Source: Candidatus Marinacidobacterales bacterium (GTDB lineage Bacteria; Acidobacteriota; Vicinamibacteria; Marinacidobacterales; DATDRI01). From it: a DNA stretch of 64,000 nucleotides. A program made the translations under genes and the position numbers. Positions 10,789-20,844 of this stretch are shown piece by piece. The DNA is taken from positions 1,472,001 to 1,536,000 of the forward strand of contig CBDCNP010000002.1 of assembly GCA_965219415.1 (NCBI GenBank), written 5' to 3'. Position 1 is the first letter of the stretch. Every line of letters starts with the position of its first letter. The notes under the pieces were generated by a model that had not been told where the DNA came from, searched no databases, and was given only the letters and a program-made list of their open reading frames with translations.

Positions 10789-11882
10789 TCCCAATCGCCA
10801 ATCTCAGGGCGCAATACCAAAGCCTCAAGAAAGAGATCGACGCGGCTGTTGCGGAGGTTCTGAGAGAGGGCGCCTTCATCGGTGGCGAAGCTTGCCGCTC
10901 GTTCGAGACCGAGTTCGCGGCATTTTGCGGGACGGCCGCGGCCTGTGGTGTGGCCAACGGCAGCGACGCCCTCTTTCTTGCGCTCAAGGCACTCGGGGTC
11001 GGACCAGGGGATGAAGTGGTCACGACTCCCTTCAGCTTCATAGCTACCGCCGAGGCCATATCGCGCAACGGGGCCCATGTGATCTTCGCCGATATCGAAG
11101 AAGAAACCATGAACCTCGATCCGAAGGCGGTCGAGTCGCATCTCGGCCAGAAAACCAAAGCGGTCGTTCCCGTTCACCTTTACGGGCATCCCGCCGACAT
11201 GAGCGGCTTGGCGCGCGTATGTCGCGAGCTGACGATCGTCGAAGATGCGGCACAGGCTCACGGAGCCGAGCTCGATGGCAAGCGCGCGGGCGCAATCGGT
11301 GCCATCGGGTGCTTCAGTTTCTACCCCACCAAGAATCTCGGAGCGGCGGGCGATGCGGGAATGCTCGTATCGAACGAAGCCAACCTCATCGAGCGTGTGC
11401 GACGGCTCGGCAATCATGGCGAACGCAACAAATACGAGCACATTTTCGAGGGAGTCAGCAGTCGCCTCGATAATCTTCAAGCCGCCATCCTCCGCGTGAA
11501 GCTAGGCCACTTGGATGGCTGGAACGAAAGGCGGCGACACCTCGCTGCCATTTACTCGCAAGAGCTAGGTGGGATCGCCGGTCTCCGCCTTCCACACCAG
11601 GCACCCGGCTGTCGGCCGGTGTATCACCAGTACACCGTGCGTTCGGCGCGGCGGGACGCACTCCGTCTTCATCTCGAGGAAAGAGGAATTTCATCGGCCA
11701 TTCATTACCCGCACCCAATTCATCTCCAGCCCGCCTATCAACACTTGGGATTGAAGAGGGGTAGTCTCCCGATTGCCGAGAAAGCGGCCGCCGAGGTGCT
11801 GTGTCTCCCGATCTATCCGGAGCTCGGCGAGGAGGACGTACGCCGGGTGGCGGGCGAAGTGAAGGACTTCTTTTCGGCCTAG
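10785..11882 (+). CDS. DegT/DnrJ/EryC1/StrS sugar aminotransferase
   Basis: EDAAQAHG, FSFYPTKNLGAAGDAG, SRLDNLQAA. Confidence 0.95.
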   Translation: MIPIANLRAQYQSLKKEIDAAVAEVLREGAFIGGEACRSFETEFAAFCGTAAACGVANGSDALFLALKALGVGPGDEVVTTPFSFIATAEAISRNGAHVIFADIEEETMNLDPKAVESHLGQKTKAVVPVHLYGHPADMSGLARVCRELTIVEDAAQAHGAELDGKRAGAIGAIGCFSFYPTKNLGAAGDAGMLVSNEANLIERVRRLGNHGERNKYEHIFEGVSSRLDNLQAAILRVKLGHLDGWNERRRHLAAIYSQELGGIAGLRLPHQAPGCRPVYHQYTVRSARRDALRLHLEERGISSAIHYPHPIHLQPAYQHLGLKRGSLPIAEKAAAEVLCLPIYPELGEEDVRRVAGEVKDFFSA

Positions 11883-11886
11883 ACGG

Positions 11887-13146
11887 ATGAGAGTCGCCTT
11901 TTTCTCGCCGCTGCCACCGTCACCCAGCGGCGTCGCAGACTACAGTCGCCTCCTCCTCGACGGACTTGCGGCGAAGTTTCCCATCGAGGCCTACACCAGC
12001 GGGGCCATCGATTCGACGATCGGCGTTCCGTGTTACTCCTGGAAAGAGTTCGAGCAACGCCAAACCGCCGAACCGAGAGCGATCCCGGTGTACCAGATCG
12101 GCAACAGTCTCCACCACGACTTCATCTACTCGATCGCATTCCGCCACGCCGGCGTCGTGGTCCTGCACGATCTCGTGCTCCACCACTCGCGTCTAGCCAT
12201 GTACATGAAAAGCCCCGAGGTCGTCGAGTACCGAGCCGACATGGGCAACACCACGAAACGCGACCGTGCGATGGATAAACTGTCCGAGTACACCTCGGAA
12301 GTAGAAGCCTCGTACCCCCTTGAAGGATCCGAAGTGGCCGAGATCGCCATTCGGATGGGCGGCGGCCGACTTCTCTACGAGTACCCGCTCCATGAGCTCC
12401 TAGTCAAGGCGAATAAAATGGTTCTCGTTCATAGCGCTGCGGCACGCGACAAGCTCCTCGAGAGTTGCCCAGAAAGCAATGTGCGGGTCGTTCGTATGGG
12501 CATCGCGGCCCCGGAAGGGGTCTCACGCGAGGAGGCGCGCCAGCGTCTGGGACTCGGAAAGAAGATCATTCTAGCGTCCTTCGGTTTGGTCACTCCGGAA
12601 AAGCGCATCCCCATAGCTCTTCGCTCGCTCCGGCGCTTGTTGAACGAGGGTGTCGACGCGCAGTACATCCTCGTCGGAGGCACCGTGCCACATTACGACG
12701 CTCGAGAGAAAGCCGAGCAGCTGGGCATCGCCGAGCACGTGGAGTTGACTGGAAGAGTCGAAGAGCAGAGATTCTGGCTCTACGCCGCAGCAGCGGATCT
12801 TTGTTTGAACCTGCGTTATCCGACCGCCGGAGAGACGTCGGCCACGCTTCTTCGCTTACTTGCTGCGGGAAGAGCGGTCATGGTGACGGATCAGGTGCAG
12901 GCACTCGATTTCCCGGACGCCGTCCTGGCACGAGCGAGCCTGGACGGGGATGAAGACGGTCTTTTCTGCGATGTGCTCGATCTTGTCAGGGACCCGGATC
13001 GCCGACGACGGCTGGAGAGAGAGGCGCGAGAGTATATCGAGGCGGAGCATAGTCCTAACGCAATGTTCGAGGATTACGCCCGATGCCTGGAGGAAGTGGA
13101 GGGATTCCCGACGCCGTCGGTCGAACTTCCCCGCCATCTTTCTTAA
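11887..13146 (+). CDS. Glycosyltransferase family 4
   Basis: FSPLPPSPSGVADYS, YQIGNS, NLRYPTAGETSA. Confidence 0.88.
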   Translation: MRVAFFSPLPPSPSGVADYSRLLLDGLAAKFPIEAYTSGAIDSTIGVPCYSWKEFEQRQTAEPRAIPVYQIGNSLHHDFIYSIAFRHAGVVVLHDLVLHHSRLAMYMKSPEVVEYRADMGNTTKRDRAMDKLSEYTSEVEASYPLEGSEVAEIAIRMGGGRLLYEYPLHELLVKANKMVLVHSAAARDKLLESCPESNVRVVRMGIAAPEGVSREEARQRLGLGKKIILASFGLVTPEKRIPIALRSLRRLLNEGVDAQYILVGGTVPHYDAREKAEQLGIAEHVELTGRVEEQRFWLYAAAADLCLNLRYPTAGETSATLLRLLAAGRAVMVTDQVQALDFPDAVLARASLDGDEDGLFCDVLDLVRDPDRRRRLEREAREYIEAEHSPNAMFEDYARCLEEVEGFPTPSVELPRHLS

Positions 13147-13253
13147 TCGAGGATTTCGAGCGGTCGTTCCTCCGCACCCGGCAGCCGAGTAAATTGACTG
13201 GCGGATGTCGCGATTGTTACGATCGCCCGCTGCGGGTGAAGGAGCGCGACTGT

Positions 13254-13640
13254 TTGACGAGAAAAAAGACCACTCCGAGCGAAGATCCAGATCGCCCATG
13301 GTTTCCCCCCGAGCCCTTGGGGCATCGGATCGAGTGGTTTTTGTTGCTCTTTTCAACGCTCACGATTCTTACCAACGCCTACTTTCTGCAATTCGCGGAG
13401 GACGCCATCTCCAGGAAGCTCCTAGCATATGTCGCTGTTGCGGCTACCGGGCTGTGGATGTGGATCCGCCATTACGGCGCGCCACGGTCGTTCGCGCAAA
13501 TCAAGAGTCTTCTCCGCCGCTACTCAACTGCCCTCCTTCTCTCGCTCATTGTGGCGATCGCTTTTGCCCTGAGACTCAGTGGGATCAGTTATGGCCTGCT
13601 CCCAGAAGCCCCTCGTTATGGAAGGTTTAGAAGGAAGTAA
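13254..13640 (+). pseudogene. N-terminal fragment of an ArnT/PMT (GT39/GT-C)-like membrane protein
   Basis: SD GAAGGAG then TTG at 13254; three TM helices, then AFALRLSGISYGL, after which it runs into the 3' end of frdD. Confidence 0.5.
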
Positions 13641-13966
13641 GCGGCAACCACGCTCCCCACAACGGCGGTGCCGTAGCATCCGGCGACGATGAGTGCCGTC
13701 AGGTGCTTGAGCTTCAAACCGTCGTAAAGCGTATAGCGGAGGCGATGCGCTCCGTGAACGAGGGACAGAGAGATGATGACCAAGAGATACAGCCGCGCCA
13801 GAGGATGTCTGACCAGCTCGAGTAGCGAACCATGGCTCGGCGTCTCCAGCCAGCCCACGGGAACTGCGATCGTGGTAACGAACATATGGGCGGGGAAAAA
13901 CAACGCCGCCAACGTGCCTCCAGCGGAGAACAGAAACCAAAGCAGGGGTGTCAGCCGCTTCAACAT
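13616..13966 (-). CDS. frdD: Fumarate reductase subunit D
   Basis: PLLWFLFSAGG and HGAHRL; 116-aa membrane anchor, last gene of the operon. Confidence 0.88.
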   Translation of the reverse strand: MLKRLTPLLWFLFSAGGTLAALFFPAHMFVTTIAVPVGWLETPSHGSLLELVRHPLARLYLLVIISLSLVHGAHRLRYTLYDGLKLKHLTALIVAGCYGTAVVGSVVAAYFLLNLP

Positions 13967-14386
13967 CTAGCTAACTCTCATCCAAATCCAAACTACGAAG
14001 GCGGAGGCCGCCAACCAGGCAACGTAATTCTGAGCGACGATGACGATATCCGGCACACGCCTGCCCGCAACTCGAACCACCATCGCCTTGGGGGCGAGGT
14101 GGAACCAGGTGAGCGCGTGGAACAACACACCGCCGAACATGAAGATATTGAAGATGACGAAAGCAGGCGATCCCAGCCACAGAAGTGTTCGCTGGTAGGC
14201 CGCTTCACCTTCGACCAGAGCGCCGACTTGCCACAGCGTCAGCAGGGCGAACCAGGCCACGGAGAGACTGGTTAACTCCCGCAGAACAAATCTCGTGTAC
14301 CGCCACTGTTCGAGCCACCACCAAACCGACATCTTCCGCCGATACCACTTCGGGTGATAGAGCGTGTAGTGGACTCGCTCGCTCAT
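13967..14386 (-). CDS. frdC: Fumarate reductase subunit C
   Basis: [18 protein letters not shown] and [12 protein letters not shown]; ATG at 14386. Confidence 0.88.
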   Translation of the reverse strand: MSERVHYTLYHPKWYRRKMSVWWWLEQWRYTRFVLRELTSLSVAWFALLTLWQVGALVEGEAAYQRTLLWLGSPAFVIFNIFMFGGVLFHALTWFHLAPKAMVVRVAGRRVPDIVIVAQNYVAWLAASAFVVWIWMRVS

Positions 14387-15126
14387 TTCGAGCCCCTTGG
14401 CAGAAGTACAGATTTGAGCCAGTCGGCCGCGCCGGTGAGCTTGTAACGCTGAATGGCGCCGGCCGGATCCACCCCTTTCGGGCAAGCCTCCGTACACTCC
14501 CCCACGAACGTGCACTGCCACATTCCGTCGTCCTGCGAAAGGATGGAGAGCCGCTCCGCCGCGCCCTGATCGCGAGAGTCCATGTTGTATCTCTGGGCCA
14601 AGGCGGTGGCGGCGGGACCGATGAAGCTAGGCTCGAGCCCGATCACCGGACAGGCGGAGTAGCAAAGGAGGCAGTTGATACACATGCTGTATTGCTTGTA
14701 GTTGTCGAGCTGTTCCGGGGATTGCAGGTACTCGCCATCGGAGAGAGGCTTTTCCTCGTCGCGGACCAACCACGGTTTGACCTTCTTGAGCTTGGTCATG
14801 AAATCGGTGATGTCGACGACCAGATCGCGAACGATCGGAAAAAACCGCAACGGCTCTATCCGGATGGGACCGGGACGGTAGCTCGACAGAAACTCCGCAC
14901 AGGTCAGCGTGGGTTGACCGTTCACCATCATGCCGCAGCTGCCGCACACTCCCATCCGGCACGACCACCGGAAACTTAGAGACCCGTCGAGCTCGTCCTT
15001 GACGTAGTTCAGCGCGTCGAGGATCGCCCAGTCCTTGTGGAAAGGAACCTCGTAGTCCTGGAAAGTCGGCTCCGATTCCTGTTCCGGGCGATAGCGTGAA
15101 ACGCTGAGAGTGATAGTGTCGGCCAT
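14383..15126 (-). CDS. frdB: Fumarate reductase iron-sulfur subunit
   Basis: [39 protein letters not shown]. Confidence 0.95.
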   Translation of the reverse strand: MADTITLSVSRYRPEQESEPTFQDYEVPFHKDWAILDALNYVKDELDGSLSFRWSCRMGVCGSCGMMVNGQPTLTCAEFLSSYRPGPIRIEPLRFFPIVRDLVVDITDFMTKLKKVKPWLVRDEEKPLSDGEYLQSPEQLDNYKQYSMCINCLLCYSACPVIGLEPSFIGPAATALAQRYNMDSRDQGAAERLSILSQDDGMWQCTFVGECTEACPKGVDPAGAIQRYKLTGAADWLKSVLLPRGSK

Positions 15127-15131
15127 GGCAC

Positions 15132-16880
15132 CTACTTTCCGTAGACCCGCTTTCCCGGCGGCCAGCGAGTAATTGTCACTGGCAAGTACTCGATCCGTGG
15201 ACGCTCGCTCGGCGTCTGGTAAGCTAGCGTATGTGATAAGAACTTCTCGTCGTTTCGCTCCGGATAGTCTGTCCGCTGGTGGGATCCGCGGGACTCGGTG
15301 CGAGCCTGCGCTGAGTAGAGGATCGCTTCCGCCACGTCCAACATATAGGAAAGCTCGAGAGCCGAGGTTAGCTCGGTGTTAAAAGTGTGGCTGCGATCAT
15401 CGAGCGAAATGTCTTCGAACCTCTCCTGCAGTTGCCGGACGCTCTCCGCCCCTTTTTCGAGATCGGGGCCGTTTCGGTAGATCCCGGCACTCGCCTCTGT
15501 CGTTTTCTGCATCTCTACGCGCAGCTCGGCGATGCGCTCCTTGCCGCCCGTCTTGTTGAGATACTGCTTGTGGAGTCGTCGCTCCTCATCGTGGGCCTGC
15601 GCACGGACGGCAGATCCCGCTTCCCTTGCACGGTTGTCCAGGGCGAAATCGGCGGCGAGTTTGCCGGCGCGCGCCCCGAATACCAGGAGCTCGGTGAGCG
15701 AATTCGAGCCCAAACGATTGGCCCCGTTGATACTAACGCAAGCCGCCTCCCCCGCGGCGAAGAGCCCAGAAAGAGGTGTGGCACCGTGAATATCCGTGTG
15801 AACACCTCCCATCATGTAGTGAACCACCGGGCGAACCGGAATCATCTCGTCCACCGGATCCAGGTTCACGTACTTCTGACAAAGCTCCCGAACAAACGGT
15901 ATCCTCTTGTTGATCTTTTCTTCCCCAAGGTGGCGAATGTCGAGATGAACGTAGTCCCCATAAGGCCCTTTCAACGTGCGGCCTTTCTCCTGTTCCTTGA
16001 CAAAGGCTTGGGAGAGACGGTCGCGGGGCCCCAGCTCCATCGAGCGCAACACCGGCTGGGGCTGAGGCCTTCCGAGGTCGTAGTCCTGGAGATAGCGGTA
16101 GCCGTCCTTGTTGAGGAGCCAGCCGCCCTCGGCGCGGGACGCTTCCGTGATCAGGATCCCGCTGAACGGAAGCCCGGTCGGGTGGTATTGCACGAACTCC
16201 ATGTCCTTGAGAGGAACTCCGGCGCGGTACGCCAGCGCCATACCGTCGCCGTTCTTGATGTTCGCGTTGGTGGTGAAATCAAATACTTTCCCGCAGCCTC
16301 CCGTGCAGAGGATGACGCTCTTCGCGAGAATGGTCACAATCTTTCCGGTGGCGAGCTCGATGGCAACGACCCCCTGGCAGCGTCCATCGTCGACCAAGAG
16401 CTTGGTGACGAAAAACTCGTCGTAGCGTTGTATGGGGTCGTACTTGAGAGTCGTCTGGAAGAGGCTATGCAGCATGTGAAAACCGGTTTTGTCGGCGGCG
16501 TACCAGGTGCGCTCGATCTTCATTCCACCGAAGGGCCGGACCGCAACCTTTCCGTCCGGTAGCCGGCTCCAAGGGCAGCCCCAGTGCTCCAGTTGCACCA
16601 TCTCATGGGGTGCCTCTTTGACGAAGAGCTCCACCGCATCCTGATCGCATAACCAGTCCGCACCGGAGATGGTATCGTAGGCGTGCGCGTCGAGACTGTC
16701 TTCGGACTTGATGACCGCCGCCGCGCCACCCTCCGCGGAAACGGTGTGGCTGCGCATGGGGTAGACCTTGGAGACCACCGCCAAGCTGAGATCGGGGTCG
16801 GTCTCGGCAACCGCGATAGCGGCGCGCAGGCCGGCACCCCCACCGCCAACGATCAGGACGTCATGCGAGAAGACTTCCAT
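15132..16880 (-). CDS. frdA: Fumarate reductase flavoprotein subunit
   Basis: [16 protein letters not shown] (covalent-FAD His), [22 protein letters not shown]. Confidence 0.96.
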   Translation of the reverse strand: MEVFSHDVLIVGGGGAGLRAAIAVAETDPDLSLAVVSKVYPMRSHTVSAEGGAAAVIKSEDSLDAHAYDTISGADWLCDQDAVELFVKEAPHEMVQLEHWGCPWSRLPDGKVAVRPFGGMKIERTWYAADKTGFHMLHSLFQTTLKYDPIQRYDEFFVTKLLVDDGRCQGVVAIELATGKIVTILAKSVILCTGGCGKVFDFTTNANIKNGDGMALAYRAGVPLKDMEFVQYHPTGLPFSGILITEASRAEGGWLLNKDGYRYLQDYDLGRPQPQPVLRSMELGPRDRLSQAFVKEQEKGRTLKGPYGDYVHLDIRHLGEEKINKRIPFVRELCQKYVNLDPVDEMIPVRPVVHYMMGGVHTDIHGATPLSGLFAAGEAACVSINGANRLGSNSLTELLVFGARAGKLAADFALDNRAREAGSAVRAQAHDEERRLHKQYLNKTGGKERIAELRVEMQKTTEASAGIYRNGPDLEKGAESVRQLQERFEDISLDDRSHTFNTELTSALELSYMLDVAEAILYSAQARTESRGSHQRTDYPERNDEKFLSHTLAYQTPSERPRIEYLPVTITRWPPGKRVYGK

Positions 16881-17258
16881 CGTTGGTGTTCAATCGAACA
16901 AGAGGGGAGCGTCAAAACCAGACGGGTTCGACGAGTTCGATAAGCCCGCAAGCAACGACTTTGTCATTCGGGCGCTAATATTAAATGGGGAGACGGAACC
17001 GACGCAAGTTTTTTCTAGTCGGTGCGCTTTGCAAGCGAGGCGAAGTACGGCCCTTCAAGGAGAAGGGCTCGTCACAGTCTACCAGGGAGCAGACTGCCTT
17101 GGCGCTTCGTGACCGGGGCCGAATAGCCTGATAACCTTCTAACACAAAAGGGGTTAACTCTCCCCCAACTCCGGGCCCAACTCCTCGGCGCCGAGCCGCC
17201 CGTATACTGGTATAATCCGCGTGTCGACGCCGAGCGCGTGGATTCGAGGAGAGACCTT

Positions 17259-17684
17259 ATGGCACCCAAGAAAACCAAGTTTGCGGCCGGTATCGCCTTA
17301 ATTCTAGGAGCCATTCTTTGGCTGGCGATCTCCGGCTTCGAAGAAGGAAAGGCCTATTACCAAACGGTTTCCGAACTGAAGGAAATGGGCTCGACTGCGG
17401 ACGGCATCAGGATGCGGGTCGGGGGCAACGTCGTGCCCGGCTCCATCGTGAGGCGGGGCGGTGTCGTCGAGTTCCAGATCAGCCAGGACGATGACGTGCT
17501 CACCGTCCGTTACGTCGGCAAGGACCCCTTGCCCGACACGCTCGTCGATCGCGCTCAAGCGCTGGCCGAGGGGCACTACCGGAATGGCTCCTTCGAGGCA
17601 TCGATGATTCAAGCGAAGTGCGCCTCCAAGTACGAGGCGGCATATGGCGAGAACAGCCAGGAAGGCAGCCCGCAGAGTTACTAG
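17259..17684 (+). CDS. ccmE: Heme chaperone CcmE, CxxxY variant
   Basis: N-terminal TM helix, MRVGGNVVPGS, AKCASKY. Confidence 0.92.
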   Translation: MAPKKTKFAAGIALILGAILWLAISGFEEGKAYYQTVSELKEMGSTADGIRMRVGGNVVPGSIVRRGGVVEFQISQDDDVLTVRYVGKDPLPDTLVDRAQALAEGHYRNGSFEASMIQAKCASKYEAAYGENSQEGSPQSY

Positions 17685-17705
17685 CGGCGACGCCTTAGGA
17701 GACCC

Positions 17706-19748
17706 GTGCAACACCTAGGAAACTTTTCCTTGATGGCCATCTTCGTGTTGGCCGTCTATGCCATCGCGGCGTCGCTACTCGGTGTCCGGAAGGGCCGCCC
17801 CGGTCTCGTGGTTAGCGCCGAACGTTCCCTTCTCGCTTGCGCCGGACTATCCACCGCTTCCGTCTTCGCGCTCGTTACTCTGCTCTTCAAGAGTGATTTT
17901 CGATTCGAGTACGTCGCCAACTACTCGAATCGCGAGCTGCCGACGTTTTATAAGATCGCGTCGCTCTGGGCTGGCAACGACGGCTCGCTATTATTCTGGA
18001 GCTGGTTGCTCATCGTTTTCAGCGCCGCCGCGGTTTTGATCAACCGCAACAAGAATCGCGAGTTGATGCCCTACGTCGTGGCGACCCTCGGGGTCATCAT
18101 CCTCTTCTTCACCTACATGAACTACTGGGTGACGAATCCCTTTCACCAACTCGGGGTGGTGACCGCTTCGGGCGTGACCGAGGCCTGGGCCCCGCCGAAC
18201 GGACGTGGACTGAATCCCTTGCTGCAACATCCCATCATGGTTATCCACCCCCCGATTCTCTATATCGGCTACGTCAGCTTCGCCATTCCGTTCGCTTTCT
18301 GTGTGGGGGCGCTCCTCTCGCGGCAGCTCGGGTCGGAATGGATAACCTCGACCCGGCGGTGGACGCTTTTCTCTTGGTTCTTCCTGGGCACCGGGATCAT
18401 TCTCGGTGGCCGCTGGGCGTACGTCGAGCTCGGCTGGGGAGGCTATTGGGCTTGGGATCCGGTGGAGAACGCGTCGCTGATGCCGTGGCTGACCGCGACC
18501 GCGTATCTCCACTCGGTGATGATCCAGGAAAGAAAAGGGATGCTAAAGATATGGAACGTGTCCCTTGTGATCACAACCTATCTGCTGTGCATCCTGGGCA
18601 CGTACCTGACGCGAAGCGGCATTGTTTCTTCGGTACATGCATTCGCCGAGTCCGATTTTGCCAAGATTTTCCTGTTTTTCATTATTGGAGCCGCGGTGTT
18701 CTGCGCGTGGCTCGTCATTTCACGGCTACCCTTGCTCAAGAGCGAGAATGAGCTGGATTCTTTGGCGTCACGGGAGTCGAGTTTCCTCTTCAACAACCTC
18801 CTCTTTTTGGCGGCCTGCTTCGCGGTGCTTTGGGGCACGCTGTTCCCAGTCTTCTCTGAGGCAATCCAGGGCGAGAGAGTGAGCGTGGGACCGCCGTTCT
18901 TCAACAAGATCAACGTACCGATCGGATTGCTTCTGCTGTTCCTGACCGGGGTTGGCCCGCTACTGGCGTGGCGCAAGAGCTCGCTCGACAGCTTGCGGCG
19001 CAACTTCCTTTGGCCCTCCTTCACGGGGCTCGCGGTGAGCGCCGTTTTGTTTGCCTTCGGAATGCGGCACTTCTATGCCTTGGTTTGCTACATGCTGTCG
19101 GCCTTCGTTATCGGCACCGTGGTACAGGAGTTTCACAAGGGGACCATCGCGCGCCGACGACACCGCGGCGGCGGCTACGCCTCGGCGATGGTGGACCTCA
19201 CTTTGGTCAACACCCGCCGATGGGGCGGGTACGTCGTTCATTTGGGGATGGTGCTGATCTTCATCGGGATCGCAGGATCCGCCTTCAACGTCGATCGCCA
19301 GGCCGACCTCGTGCCGGGTGAGTCGATCAGCATCGGAGACTATACGATCGAGCTCCTTCGTCTCGAAGACGGAAGGACGCCCAACTACGACTGGATGTCG
19401 ACCGTCTTGGAAGTCCAGAAGAATGGCGAGGTCATCGGAGAATACGACCCGCAGAAGCATTTCTACCGGGCAAGTAAACAACCAACTTCGGAAGTGCGAA
19501 GATACTCCACCTTTCGTGAGGACCTCTACTTGGTTTTCAGCGGGATGACGGACGAGGACAAGGCCACCGTTCAGGTCTACTTGAACCCCCTGGTCCGCTG
19601 GGTCTGGGTCGGCGGCATCGTCATGTTCCTGGGTACCATCGTCATCATGATTCCCAACAGGCGCGAGCTTAAGCTGGCCAGAAGGGACAAGGCCGAAGCC
19701 GCGCCCCTTGATGAGGCCGAGGCCGGGCGCCGTCACGAGGTGGCCTAA
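17706..19748 (+). CDS. ccmF: Cytochrome c synthetase (heme lyase) CcmF
   Basis: GLNPLLQ, IHPP, WAYVELGWGGYWAWDPVEN, SVHAF. Confidence 0.97.
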   Translation: MQHLGNFSLMAIFVLAVYAIAASLLGVRKGRPGLVVSAERSLLACAGLSTASVFALVTLLFKSDFRFEYVANYSNRELPTFYKIASLWAGNDGSLLFWSWLLIVFSAAAVLINRNKNRELMPYVVATLGVIILFFTYMNYWVTNPFHQLGVVTASGVTEAWAPPNGRGLNPLLQHPIMVIHPPILYIGYVSFAIPFAFCVGALLSRQLGSEWITSTRRWTLFSWFFLGTGIILGGRWAYVELGWGGYWAWDPVENASLMPWLTATAYLHSVMIQERKGMLKIWNVSLVITTYLLCILGTYLTRSGIVSSVHAFAESDFAKIFLFFIIGAAVFCAWLVISRLPLLKSENELDSLASRESSFLFNNLLFLAACFAVLWGTLFPVFSEAIQGERVSVGPPFFNKINVPIGLLLLFLTGVGPLLAWRKSSLDSLRRNFLWPSFTGLAVSAVLFAFGMRHFYALVCYMLSAFVIGTVVQEFHKGTIARRRHRGGGYASAMVDLTLVNTRRWGGYVVHLGMVLIFIGIAGSAFNVDRQADLVPGESISIGDYTIELLRLEDGRTPNYDWMSTVLEVQKNGEVIGEYDPQKHFYRASKQPTSEVRRYSTFREDLYLVFSGMTDEDKATVQVYLNPLVRWVWVGGIVMFLGTIVIMIPNRRELKLARRDKAEAAPLDEAEAGRRHEVA

Positions 19749-20269
19749 TGGCCGTAACCAGCCTAAACAGCCTACACGGGATGTTCTGTAGCTCGCTTTT
19801 ATTGAGTGTCGCGTTAGTCCTGCTCCTTGGTGCGCCCGCCCATACGACGCAGCAGTACTCCGCCGAAGAAGCTCTCTTCAAGAACGTTTGCGATGCGCTT
19901 ACTTGCCAGTGTGGCTGTCACAAGATGCTCAGCATCTGCGAAATGCAAGGCTGTCACTCGGCAACACCTATGCGCGCGGAGATCAAGGAAAAGCTGGCCG
20001 AGGGTGAGGGCAAGGAAGCAATTCTCGCGGGCTTCGTCGACCGATACGGACTCGTAGTTCTATCGGCGCCCCCGACGTCCGGTTTTCACCTTACCGCTTG
20101 GATCATGCCCTTCGTCGTGCTGATGGCCGGGGCTTGGGTCGCGAAGAGCGTCCTCGGTTCTTGGAAACGCCAAACCGTCGAGACCGCAAGTGAAAGCCCG
20201 GATAAGAAGGTGTCGGAGATCACCGCCGAACAGCAAGCTCGCATCGACCGCGAGCTTCAGGATTTCTAG
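19748..20269 (+). CDS. ccmH: Cytochrome c biogenesis protein CcmH (Cys-rich variant)
   Basis: LTCQCGC..C....C, FVDRYGLVVLSAPP, AWIMPF TM helix. Confidence 0.85.
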   Translation: MAVTSLNSLHGMFCSSLLLSVALVLLLGAPAHTTQQYSAEEALFKNVCDALTCQCGCHKMLSICEMQGCHSATPMRAEIKEKLAEGEGKEAILAGFVDRYGLVVLSAPPTSGFHLTAWIMPFVVLMAGAWVAKSVLGSWKRQTVETASESPDKKVSEITAEQQARIDRELQDF

Positions 20270-20788
20270 TTGACGCTCCTTTTTCTGACCGCGCTCGCGG
20301 GCGGCGTCGTGTTGTTCGTGCTATTCCCTATCTTTGCTCGCGCGTCGGAAGTCAGCCAGCGCCCGACGGCAATCGCCCAAGAGCGAAAGAACCTCGGCGA
20401 GAAGAAGGAACGCCTCTACGAGGCGATCAAGGACCTCGACTTCGAGCACCAAGCGGGTAAGTTGTCCGAAACCGACTACAAGTCGGTGCGAACAGCCTTC
20501 GTCAACCAGGCCGCCCAGGTCATTGCCCGTCTCGACGAAATCGACGAAAAGAACTCGGCAGCGATCGGGCAACCCGAAGAATCAGCCCCCGAATCTGCGC
20601 CGGACGCAGTCAGAGTCGCAAGCGGCCAATTCTGTCCTTCTTGCGAGCTGCGGAATCCGGCTGGAGCAAAGTTTTGCATGCGCTGTGGGAGCAAGTTGAC
20701 GAGCCCAGCCAACTGCCCTCAGTGCGGCATCGAGCTCCTGGAGGAGGCCCGCTTTTGCACCGCGTGCGGCGTAGCTGTACCAGCCTGA
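20270..20788 (+). CDS. CcmI-N-like membrane protein with double zinc ribbon
   Basis: TM helix, IKDLDFEHQAGKLSETDY, four CxxC motifs (CPSC, CMRC, CPQC, CTAC). Confidence 0.75.
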   Translation: MTLLFLTALAGGVVLFVLFPIFARASEVSQRPTAIAQERKNLGEKKERLYEAIKDLDFEHQAGKLSETDYKSVRTAFVNQAAQVIARLDEIDEKNSAAIGQPEESAPESAPDAVRVASGQFCPSCELRNPAGAKFCMRCGSKLTSPANCPQCGIELLEEARFCTACGVAVPA

Positions 20789-20844
20789 CGGGCCTGACGG
20801 ACCTGACGGACCTGACAGGCCTGACCGGCCTGACCAATTTGACT
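20782..20844. repeat. 7 x 9-bp tandem repeat
   Basis: agcctgacg ggcctgacg gacctgacg gacctgaca ggcctgacc ggcctgacc aatttgact. Confidence 0.85.

Noticed and set aside
15387-16562. Long antisense ORFs (391 aa here, and similar at 340..1077, 18960..19736, 46888..47847)
   Set aside because: Shadow frames of real genes in GC-rich DNA with no recognisable motifs
20782-20844. CRISPR-like array
   Set aside because: 9-bp tandem units without spacers; no cas genes in the window
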